Assembly: GCA_040357565.1 (NCBI GenBank) | Contig: JBDODJ010000043.1 | DNA length: 64,000 nucleotides | Source: Cercozoa sp. M6MM | Lineage: Eukaryota > Protista > Endomyxa: Ascetosporea | Reading direction: 5' to 3' (one strand) | Part shown: in pieces, positions 51,158-62,253 of the stretch | Position numbering within the stretch: the first letter of the stretch is position 1 | Layout of the letters: each line of letters begins with the position of its first letter | The notes under the pieces: model-generated | What the model was told of the DNA's origin: nothing | Seen by the model: only the letters and a program-made list of their open reading frames with translations | Databases searched by the model: none | Translations under genes and position numbers: made by a program

Positions 51158-54100
51158 CTTAGTCGTCGATACGGCGCCAGATTTGCATGTATGACTCGGA
51201 GACACCGACTTGCTCGCGCTTGATCACCTTGACGGATAGGTCGCGCACCTCGAACCAGCTGCAGGAGAGATACCTCATCACATGCTATTGTATATGCATA
51301 TGCAGAGAGCGTACAGCTGCGAGGCATCGTGCAGGTATTGTGCGCGCACACGTCCTACAAAAAAGAGTAATCACACAAGTGCAAGGCCGGAAACTGTGGT
51401 GTACCCTTAAACTCGTTGCTGTCGCACACAAGGTTGGCCACAAGATCGTATCTCGTCTCTACTCACTCCAACATGCATGCGCAGACATACACAAATACGT
51501 GCGACGAAGAAATGAAGTACTGCGCTTGCTTTCAATCTGCTTTTCGATGTCGGCGCGCTCGCCGGTCGGAACGATCTTGTGCGACTTGGCGAGTTGCTTG
51601 AGCTCCTTGACGCTCAGCTCGCTCAGAGGCTCCAGGTCTGTAGAAATCCTTGAGGTAAGGCGTGTCAAATTGAAAAGGTAAAACAAAGTACACGGCGCCA
51701 TGTCGAGACCCGACAACGGAAAGCGAATGATAGTCGGATTCTTCTCCACGAAGAAGTGATTCTCCACGAAGCGCTCAAAGTGCAGCACCTGTCACGCGCG
51801 TTGTTTTTCGTTAACGAAAGAGCACTGAGAAACAGTACCATGAATTTGGGCAGACGCGTCAGACGGAAGCGACGCGACTGCAGCACACACAACCGAACAC
51901 GTATCAAACCAAAAAGAAAACAACAGCCACAAGTAAACGAGCGTACCCTCTTGGAGTGATCAGTCACCACCGTAGTTCCGTCGAACTTGGCCAGCACGTC
52001 CGACAGCGGGATCTACGAACGCTTGGGATAGACACAGATAGGACCAAACGCAACAACTCAAAGTACCGTCGGAATCAAGCGCTCCTCGGATACGTCGCGG
52101 AACAGCGGCGCCGGCGGGAGGGCCAGCTGTACTCGGATGCATAAGCGCGCATGTAAAATATGCACAGGTGAGCTCACCTTGAGCAAGAAGAAGGGCGAGC
52201 GCTTCGTCGTCGTTCGGAACTCTGTTGGGTTGCGTCGCTGCTCCTCGTAGTGCTCTGTGATACATTTCATTAACCTGAAACCTCTTGTCGCAAAGAAAGA
52301 TGACGTACCCTGGTACTGTAAGCGCTCCTCCTTGGTCATCTCCAGCAGCTCGTCCGTCGTCTAGTCGGACACATACCTTTGCACAAAAAACACAGCGAAA
52401 CAGATATCATCTGTCTACCTTCTCAGCAGGCAGCACGGGAATCTTCTCGTGGATCTTGACACCACCACGGAAACATCTGTGGGAACATCGCGTACGTTTG
52501 GGCCCATGTTCCTTCGTAGCACAATACTTAAGGGAGGAGGTACCGCGATACGATAGTGGCCCCACCACCACTCGACTTACGACGTTTCTTCTGCACAAAC
52601 ATCAAATCGTTAACGTGTGCATCACAAGATGCGCATGAAGATACCTCCGACTCGGTCGAGATGACAGTGACAGCTTGTCGCAGATCCTCATGCATTGCGT
52701 GCAGAAACCTACCGCACACAGCACATCAGTACATGAATTAAACAAAGAAATGAAACAAATAAGGAAGTACCACGCCATGAAGTCACCCACATCGGCACGT
52801 TCACCTGCAGTCCAGGAGATCAAAAACAGCGGCAAACAAAGCAACACAAACACACGGACCAGCATTGAAGAGTCCTTCGGAACGACGCTGTGCCGCCAGC
52901 AATGTCGCATGCGGTGACACGTGCGCCTGGACACAAGAAACCACGTGGAAGAGATCGCAAGTTAAGAAACTAATGCAAAGTACACGCAACTGACGCGAGA
53001 AGCACTGACGGCGTCTACAGGCAACACATAAATTCATTCTATCCATAGATACCCCGAAACAGAAAGGCTACACGAACTCGGCGAAACGTCGCACGAAATT
53101 CGACGGATTGCGCTTAAAGAAGCTGTTTTTGCTGGATGAACTGCGCAGACATCAAGCGTTAAACCGCCGGCACAAACAGAAAGAAAAAAAAACGTACTCA
53201 TCGAGGTCGATAACGGCGAAAAAGTCGCGCAATGGACGCACTCTGCCACCCACGGTACTGAATGATGTACTATTCAACACGAAGCAGAAATGGCATACCG
53301 AAGCATGGCGAGCAGCACGGCACCAAACCAGTCAGTAACGTTGCCGACATTGTCGACGGCAATAATGCCTGGTACGTACCTTCAAACACCAACATAGAAA
53401 GCACACGATGTACACACAGAATATGGCATTACGGCTGTCCGTCATGGGCACGACGGAAGACACGTGAAGCCTCCCAAGCCAACTGGTCATCTTCATCCTC
53501 CGGCGGAGCACCCTTCTTGGCCTATCTCAAAATGAATCAAAGTTGCAACAAACAAACTCTTGGTCGATTTTTACCGGTCCCAAACGATCCATTTCGCGCA
53601 AATCGTGTGCCGAAATTTTCGGTCGAATGAGTTGTGCGATATCAACGAGAGAAGTGTCGGTGATCTTCCAAGAAACGTTTCAAAGAGAAAAACACACAAA
53701 TAGACCCAGGAAAGAAACCTCGTAATCGTCGGGCAGACAGTAGAAGCGACGAGTCGAAAGTTGCACGAACACACGATGGTTGTCCTGTCACAAATTCCAA
53801 AATGAAAGCATGCAAAAGAAAAATGAACGGACGAAGCTACAGCCAGTGCATGCGTATGAGCCGGCGAGCCCGAGTGTCGACCGGCCAGATAGCAACCACA
53901 GACGAGGCACACGTACACGTTTAGTTCCGACATAGTCACCTCACTGCAAAAGAAGAAAGAACTCATTCTACAACTCAAAACACAGAGTTGTGAAAACATA
54001 CCAGCGGGGATCTTGATCGAAATCAAGCGCATTGCGATCGATGCTGTCGAGGAAAGGACATCGGTTTGATAGCTGCTCGGCAGCCTGCGAGAAGACATTA

Positions 54101-54354
54101 ATAAAACAAAGTTATCAACGCAAAGCGCGAAAGCGAGAACTACAAAAACTCACAATCTTCTGCTGGCGCCGGAGCAGTTCCATGGGCGAGATATCATCGC
54201 CTTCATCGTCGCTGTCGGTCTCATCGGCCCGCGAGCTGCGAGTGGCCGTGCTGCTTTTCTCATTCTCGTCATCCGGTGCAATATCCGCGCGGCTGCGCTT
54301 CTTTGACGACACTTGCTCACTGCTGTGTTCCTCGGGCTGTTCCATGGCGGTCAT
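51158..54354 (-). CDS. USP39: U4/U6.U5 tri-snRNP-associated protein 2 (ZnF-UBP + inactive USP domain)
   Basis: IDFDQDP..NVYVCLVCGCYLAGRHSGSPAHTHAL; KFDGTTV; RFRLTRLPKFM..HFERFVENHFFVEKNPTIIRFP; C-terminal WFEVRDLSV..VGVSESYMQIWRR. Confidence 0.9.
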
Positions 54355-54543
54355 ACACACTATCGTTCCCAGTACACACAGGTGGTGTCACACAGAGGCC
54401 CCAGACTGTCAATCAAGGGACCAGGTCCCGATTTTTATTTTCAGAAAGGCGCTCCGTGTGGACCCAACAATTTGCGCAACTTAGACTAAACGGTTGTGGG
54501 AGCTGTGTTGGGACACAGTATATTGGTGTCTGTGGCATTAAAG

Positions 54544-55669
54544 ATGCAGTTTGATCACGTACTGGTATGTGGTGTTTTGTATTCTGAATGGTGGCCTACA
54601 TGCAATGTGCGCAGGCACAATTCTGCCATGAGTGCAACGACTGGGTCCAGATTCCACTAAGGCGTGCCACTGAATTTGCCGATTCAGGTACTGATGTTTT
54701 CTCTGCCCTGAAATATGACTGTACTTCCCTGACCAGTAGGGTACGAGAAGACGCCAGTGCACGTCGACCTGAGTGGCATTGCGTTGGCGAAGGACACGCG
54801 GCTTTTGCATTTGTTAAGGGTGCCTTTTGTGTCCATAAGGGCTGTCTTATTTGTTCATAGGTATAAGTGACTATAGGCATTCCGAAAGTGTGCCGATTCA
54901 GTGTCGCTGGCATCGCTAGTGTTGAGAAACGCTGCGTGTGACTTACCGCATACGTTGGAACTGGCCAATAATGTAACTTTGCACACTTAGCTTTATTTAC
55001 CCTCATGTTAGCCCTTTCATTCACTTGGTTCTACTTGTCCCCTTCTAGGAAGCCAGTGTGTTGGAACAGTGCCGAGTGCTTCGATTCGGAGGATGTCATA
55101 TTTCGAGTGTATTACCCCCCCCCCTCTCTAACCCATATACCTTATCCTCCTCTCGCATTGACACAGGACGGAGTGAAACACTTGACGAGACTACTAAGAA
55201 AAAACAAAGTAAGTTGCTTCAGTGTGAGTTGTGGATTGTGAAAGAGGCGTTGTGTTCAGCAACTGCGCTTGTTGGATCTGTCGGACTGCCATCTGGATTC
55301 GGCGTAACTCTTCCAATCTTTCTGACGTCTTTTTTCTATAAGACACTTGCGCAGTGGACTCGTCGAATTGGCACGTGCTCTGTCGCAGCGCACGTGGTAC
55401 CAAACCACACATGGCCCATCAGTTTCGTACCTTGGTTGGTCACATATTTATGACTGTAGGTGTACACAACTGACTGTGCTACGTCTGGGCAGCACACTGG
55501 CCGAGTGTTTTGTAGCCTTTGACTCAATGTTCCAAAATGCGTGTCCATTAGGATTTGGTACAACTGTGTGTTGGACAGGATGAAGCCAGTCGAATACGGG
55601 TGACGCAGTGGCTGAGACACACGCGGCCGCCGCAAATTCGCTGGTGGCATCGTGCGCCTGGTACTTCGC

Positions 55670-55720
<51 letters not shown>

Positions 55721-57107
55721 TGTGTGTGTGTGTGTGTGTTGTGTGTTCACGTGTTGATGTAGCTGAAACACTGTTCCCGAATCAGTTTGATGCACGGGTA
55801 TTCTACTGCTTACCCCCCTATACTGACCCCCGCATGTACCCCAGTCACTGTCGATTCTCCGCAAGTTGTTGAGCCTGTCGCGACGCCGCATGGCAATGAT
55901 CGACGTTCTGGGCAGCTGCAAGGACGATACTGCACGTGAGGTATATCTCGTGTTACCCTTAGTATATGTTTGGTCTTTTGAACATGTGTCGTTTTAAGGT
56001 CGCGTTGTCTCTGCGTGCTGGCTTCTTATGTCTGTCACCGCCTGCGCCTGTCGTTGAACCGTGCCTTGTCTGTTCACAAAAGTGACGTGTTGGGGTATGT
56101 TTATTTGAACAGGACGGGGCAGGAGCAAGACGAGCACATGGCACGAACGAAACTTCGCTTCATATCTAAAGCCTTATCGCGCCACCTGTCGAATGTCATT
56201 CCATACGGAATCTCGACGGTATCTCTTCGCTTTGATGGTTTGACTTGACTGGGCTGGACTTGACCGGGCTTGGCTGAGCTTGACTGCGCTTGACTGCGCT
56301 TGACTGGGCTTGACTGAGCTTGACTGGGCTTGACTGATGACTTGACCTGAGTTGCTTGACTTGACTTGATTGTGCAGGGCTGCTGCCACATGCTAGCTGC
56401 CGATATGTCCTCCTTTGAGTGTCTACTGGTACTTGTGTATCCACAAATGCTTTTCCTTTCTTGCTCACAAACTTTGGTACAGAAGCAATGCGGCACGAGC
56501 TTCGCAACTGAGCTACAAACGGGTGATGCCGTTCCGGCTCCATCACTGCCAGATATGGTACGCTATTCGGTACCTACTGAGGTGACGTTGAGTACGGCAA
56601 TACAAATAACCACGATTTGGTACAGCTGGACATCTCGCAATGGATGTATCAACCTGTGTTTTTCTTGCATGACGGCGCACCACAGCAGCAGTACAACTTT
56701 TACAATAATTCTGACCGTATAACTTACTGAGGTGACTGACAGAGTGCTGGCAAACGGTCAACCGCTGACACCACAGCCTGCCCCTGTTGATCCCCTCCCG
56801 GAGAGCGACATTGCACGTCACATGACGGCCACACTCAGCGGCAACGTCCAACGCGCACCAGCGACCGGCAGAGTCAAGAAACCCGTCAAACGGGCGCCTA
56901 AGCGGACGCTGGTGTCAAACCCAACGTCGAAACAAACGAAAGCTGCGAAACGCACACGCCAGGCGTCGCTCGACATGTTTGCCAGTGTACCCTGCGATGC
57001 ACTATCACCTCAAATGCATCAATAAACCCTGTTTCTTCCCCTTTCAGGCCAAAGCACAAGCACGCCCACGAAAGAAGGCATCCAAGGCATCCGCGCGAAA
57101 AAAATAA
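54544..57107 (+). CDS. RNI-type leucine-rich-repeat protein with a basic C-terminus
   Basis: Spliced VHVDLSGIAL, CRVLRFGGCHISSDGVKHLTRLL and LRLLDLSDCHLDSAGLVELARAL. The tail contains QASLDMF and K/R-rich NLS-like runs. Confidence 0.6.
55669..55746. repeat. Compound (GT)n(GA)n(GT)n microsatellite, intronic
   Basis: Directly visible. Confidence 0.9.
56240..56370. repeat. 10-bp minisatellite (TGACTG[G/C/A]GCT) related to the GACTT pentamer, intronic
   Basis: About 10 tandem degenerate units. Related pentamer runs at 58812-58860 (GACTT) and 3803-3835 (CAGTT/CACTT). Confidence 0.85.
56563..56600 (+). repeat. 38-bp micro-repeat, copy B, occupying the 5' part of intron 56558-56625
   Basis: 37/38 identical to the reverse complement of 44770-44807. 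Confidence 0.85.
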
Positions 57108-57355
57108 TAGATTTGACTTTATTTTCGTGCTTAGACCTTCGTATAATTCGATTGCGTTGTTTTTCTCAACGTGAGTGGCATGCGTGTGTGCTGGTCAGAC
57201 AGCCTGCAGTGTCAGTGGATTAGTGTTGTCTGGCCGTTCTTCAGTCCCTCGCCCGCCTTTATGCGACGTGAAGACTGAAGCACGCGCGGTTCAAGCCGCT
57301 GAGGCGGACTAGTCTAGCGACGCCCCTCTCCCCAGGTTGACTTCGCGCGGACCGT

Positions 57356-57419
57356 TTAGAACGTCCACCATTGAGTCGTCGGTGAGCTCGCTTGCCGGCT
57401 TAAAAATCTCTGACCCTAA
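57356..57419. repeat. Dispersed ~65-bp intergenic repeat, copy 2
   Basis: About 80% identical to 4284-4348. Confidence 0.8.
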
Positions 57420-57679
57420 TGACTAGGCATCCGCCGCTTAGTTGTTTAAATAGAAACCTCGTGGTTCCCCAGTCTTTACAGTACTTCTTCGCCACATTAT
57501 TGGCCTAAAAGCGACCGTGTGTGCAGGCAGTTGTTGTACAAGTATCAACCAAACGAAACATTAGTCGACGGTGTTTTTTTTTTCGCAGAAAGAAGAATAA
57601 AAAAGCAATCGTACGACTACTGTATAGTATAAAATTGTGAGCTGCGGTGTGAGGAGTATCTGAAAAGCGCAGCTAGGAC

Positions 57680-59792
57680 ATGTCGGACCTTGCGAAATTC
57701 TCATTCAATGAGCACATTGGTCTGTCTTCGCTTTTTCTTGGGAGAAAAGGTTGACCAGAGGAAATCGAATGCAGGTGCGCTTGGCTTCGACCTGGACCAC
57801 ACGCTCGTGCGATACAAAGTGCACGCCACGATGGAGTTGATTCACGACTGTGTCAAAGAGACACTGGTCAAAATGTCAAAGGACGATGGCACTACAGACC
57901 TAGAGAAACGCTACCCACGCTCGCTGTTGGATGACAAAATTGACCACGTGCTTTAATGATTTACACTGCTAAGCTCAGTCCAGCCATGCGTTTTCTTGTG
58001 TGGTAGGACTTCAATCTGAAAGGCCTCGTGCTCGATGGTTTGCTTGGCAACTTTTTGTGGCTACGTGAGGTAACTTGACTTTGTTGACTGTATTTTGTTC
58101 TTTGATGTTTGTTCAGTTGCTTTTTTTCATATATTTCTTTGTTTCTTTGTTCTTTGTTTTCTTCTTTTTCCTTTATCTATAGATTCATTTTTTTATTTAT
58201 TTTGTTTCCTTGACGATATCCTTGACTTTAAATTCTGACTTTGGCTTGCTTAGGACAAGACTGTCGTCAGTGCTGTGCACGGCGTTGACTCGCTGACACG
58301 TGAGCAGATTGAGGTAACATTCTCGTCAGTATCTTCAACTGATGAGAAGGGAGACTTGATGTGTCTGAAATCCTTTGCAGGAGGCCTACCCGCGCGCACT
58401 GACCGAAGTGCAGGGACAACGACATCCGCGTTACTTTGTGTTTCTGAGTTACTTTGAGGGCGCTGTGCCTTGCCTGTTGCGCAAGGTGATAGCGCATGAG
58501 GACGCACGTGCCAAGCTCGAAAACCGTCCGGCTGACTATGTAGCCTTGACTCGTTTCATACTCTGATCTCCATCTCTGGCTTTAAAAAAAGTGCGTTCCA
58601 GTCCTTCCTGACGGCTGATTTGGGCGCTGCGTTCGATGCGAACTTTGGCGGCTTTGACGCGCCTGGCCGCTACTTTCGTATTTTTCTGTGCGGCGCGCGG
58701 ATGCTTGGTTTATTTTTCGTTTGCTGCAGGCGAGTTCCGTGCGCACCCGGAAAAGTGAGTTGCTTTCTGTTTGTGCGGGAATTTAGTTGAGTTTCTTTGA
58801 GTTGATTTGAATTGACTTGACTTGACTTGACTTGACTTGACTTACTTGACTTTACCTGACTTTACTGAGTCAACCTGGTTTGTGTGCTGTCGGCAGGTAC
58901 CTGTACAAGCGTCCGGAGGTGACGCAGTGGCTACGCTCGCTCAAAGAGCAAGGCAAGGCACTCTTCGTGGTGACAAACTCGCGATACGAGTACTTCCGCC
59001 TGCTGATGGGTGCGTGCATTTGCCCCCCCCCCCGTCCTCGACTTTTTGTGTTATTTTGAGATGTTGCCTCTCGTTGCAGACTACTGCTTCGACGATAACT
59101 GGCGTGACATCTTTGATATCATTGTGCGTTTCTCCTCGGTGACTCACAGACAAGTCAGTTGAGCCCGCGTTTCGTGTCGTTTTGACCAGGTGACGCACGG
59201 CAAGAAACCGCGTTTCTTCAACGACACGACAGTGCCGTTTCTTCGTGTCGACGAAAGTGCGCACACCGAGACTGTACTGCCCTTTTTCGGAGGGGGGTTA
59301 AGGTTATAGCTGGTCTGTGCACAGGAGGAACAGGTGTCGCAACTCGTGCGCGGCAGCATCGTGGCAGAAGGCAACTGGCGCAGCGTTAACGAATTCCTGC
59401 GCACACTGGCCACTGACGGTGCGAGTGATCGTGTGATCTACTTTGGCGATCATCTCGACAGCGACGTCAAGGCCGTGCGCGCGCACACCGACTGGCTGGC
59501 CGCATGCGTGCTCGAGGAAGTCGATGCCACGCACCACGACGAGGTACGAGGTAACGAGGGGAGGGGTATTAGGGGGTATATGCCCATCCTGCAGCTGGAG
59601 CGTGACGCGCTTTTCGAAAACGTTGAGGCCGAACAGCAGCGACAGCGCCGTGTGCAGCAGGTATTACCCCCCCCCCCCCGCATTCCCTTACTTCTTGATT
59701 TCTTACCTCTAGGTCGTGCACGACTCGCCCTACCGCAACTTGCACGTGTCGCAACAGTACTCTTTCTGCCAAACGACCTTGTTTGGATTGTG

Positions 59793-59866
<74 letters not shown>

Positions 59867-59987
59867 CTGTGTGTGTTACCTGTGTGTTACCTGTGTCTAT
59901 GTTAATAGATGGGGTGCCTTCTTCCACACCCAATGCGGACACATGTCTACGTACATCACCGCGCTACACCTTGCATACCTACATTAA

Positions 59988-60024
<37 letters not shown>

Positions 60025-60259
60025 ATTTATATTTATCTATATCTATATATATAATTTATTATAAAAGATATATTTCAGATGGGCTTCGCACGTGTGCGAG
60101 CACTCGCATCTCGCCATTCCGTGGTAGCATTCCATTCTTCTCATTGTAGTTCTTAACTCCCTCGACGCAGCCTGTCCGTGCTGGCCAAGGCACCACTGGA
60201 TCACGTGTTTGTCGCCAGCGGCGCCGAACCCACTGCGTAGCTTTCTTACGCCTGTCTGA
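57680..60259 (+). CDS. NT5DC1: 5'-nucleotidase domain-containing protein (HAD superfamily, NT5DC1-like)
   Basis: HAD motif I GFDLDHTLVRYK, motif II LFVVTNS, motif III GKKPRFF, motif IV IYFGDHLDSDV; C-terminal WGAFF and HLAIP. Confidence 0.88.
59789..60075. repeat. Intronic (GT)n tract (59789-59895) and (TA)n tract (59987-60075)
   Basis: Directly visible. Confidence 0.9.
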
Positions 60260-61190
60260 ATGACCTTGTCCCTGTTGGTATGTGCACTGCTGTGTGCAGC
60301 TGCTTCTACCCGCAGCCAATTCATCTGCGCGCCAAGCACCTCTAACTTCTGCGCTCCCAGTGCCCGAATGTGTATGGCTTCGTTAATTACTTTATATCGA
60401 TATTTAAAATTGGTTTCGTTATATCGCTATGCGGTGTGTGCGTGGCGCGCCAATCCGTCACGCCCAGCTCGAGCTGAGCCGTGCTAGATTCAGTTTTTAG
60501 AGGTACGGTTACCGTACTATGGTATGGTGGCAACAGTGCAGCGCGTGCGCACCTTGGAGGCCGTGATCCTGAGTACTGAGTACTGGTCTGATCGCTGCTA
60601 ATGGCCTACTGCAGACAACCTTGTCCTCATCAATGTTGCTGTGCGCTTCTTTTGCAGACTTTTCCCGCGCTTTATTCATCGTGCAATGTAGTTTCCCCTG
60701 CCCAGTCTGCGGTGTATCACAAGAGCTTGGCCTTGTCAAACGCCGCTTCGGGAAAACAAATAAAGAAATCAACGGGAACTTCAGAGTTGCTGACAAAAAG
60801 CTGACTACGCAGATCATGACGTGACCTAGTTAACTGAACGAGAAGGAAGGACCTGTCGTGTCGTGTGGACTGCTCCGTGCGTGTAAACGGCAGCAAGCGC
60901 TCAAGTTATGGCGAGCTTGCGAGGTCTGGCAGCGTGAGCATCACGCACAGGCCATCCTCATGGAGTCGACTCGACAACGAATGCCGCGCACACGACCGCA
61001 CGCCTCTCGAACACTTTGAACCAACTTTGGGAGACCCGTCGGTGCTAAGGCTTTACTGTTCCTTTTAGTTTTGTATCTATAATGTTCGCGTACAAGGGTT
61101 TGTTTGCTGCGTGGGATCAGAATCCGTAGGCGGTTGGCAGGAGCCTTCCTCGGAGAACGTCCTGGCAGTTGAGGTTGTCCATGTCTTCGT

Positions 61191-61261
61191 GTCGGTGTCG
61201 CTGCACAACTCTCGACTGAGTCAAGCATTCTCTTGGACTTGCTCGAGCTTGGCCTCGCAGG
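61191..61261 (-). repeat. Inverted partner of 50907-50976
   Basis: About 94% identity. Confidence 0.88.
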
Positions 61262-61844
61262 CTTCAATGTTGAGTGCGTGCGCCTGAATGCATGGCCTGG
61301 GTTGTTTCAGACGATCCCGGAGGCAGTGACAGACGATGGACTTGTGGAACGTCACCATCCGAGTCGCTGCTATTCTCAGTGTCAGTACTGTCGTCAAAAT
61401 CGTTGTCACGGTGCTCTCGGCGGTGTAAGTCGAGTGCTGAAGGCACCTGCGACGGCGATACTGCTCCCGATTTTGGTTCTCCTCGCTGCTGCCGTTGTCG
61501 CGTTTGCTTCTTATCTACACAGAAAAGTGGATTTAGTTGCTTCAGTTGTTTATCCCGCGACATTGATGTACCACTTCGCGTCAGACGTGCCAACACACGC
61601 GACATGGACTGAAGCACACCGGTCCTTTGTGTCTACAAATGGCAGTATGCACAGTTCAAGTAATGCGAATTTTGCTGGATCAGTCTGCGCTCACCTTATC
61701 GGAAGCAGCGGTAGCAGTGACAGCCCCTGCAACGCCAGCACTGGCCTCATCACTCGACGGATGCAACAACTGTTCGAGCCAGTGCAGATTGTGCACACGT
61801 CGTTGCACCAGTTCTTGGCTGTGTCCAACAATCCACACATCCAT
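61221..61844 (-). CDS. Short hypothetical gene or gene remnant
   Basis: MDVWIVGHSQELVQRRVHNLHWLEQLL.. can be spliced through two GT-AG introns to an acidic/Ser-rich exon. The stop is ambiguous (61264 or 61221). Confidence 0.3.
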
Positions 61845-61867
61845 AAATCCAAAGCTCTGCGAGTAGA

Positions 61868-62064
61868 CTACGTGATTTCGAGACTGCGCACTGTGCCAAT
61901 CCTTTCGCGAACACGCACGAGAGTTTCGATCGGTACCTAACCATATAGGTATAGTTGCATACTTAGACACTGGTCATACTAGTAAAGACTACCTCCGAAT
62001 TGTACAATAGATCACTATCGAACTGCACTCTCGCACTGTCGAACACCAGCACCTGCACGCACGT

Positions 62065-62111
<47 letters not shown>

Positions 62112-62211
62112 NNNNNNNNNNNNNNNNNNNNNNNNNNNNNNNNNNNNNNNNNNNNNNNNNNNNNNNNNNNNNNNNNNNNNNNNNNNNNNNNNNNNNNNNN
62201 NNNNNNNNNNN

Positions 62212-62253
<42 letters not shown>

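Noticed and set aside
57251-57310. tRNA-Sec-like 9/4 stem arrangement
   Set aside because: The interior is too short for D, anticodon and variable arms, and there is no UCA anticodon loop.
57411-57420. ACCCTAA as a telomerase RNA template
   Set aside because: It is barely one repeat unit and is not conserved in the other copy (ATCCTAA).
60509-61068. Short ORFs downstream of NT5DC1
   Set aside because: No consistent spliced frame or recognisable homology.
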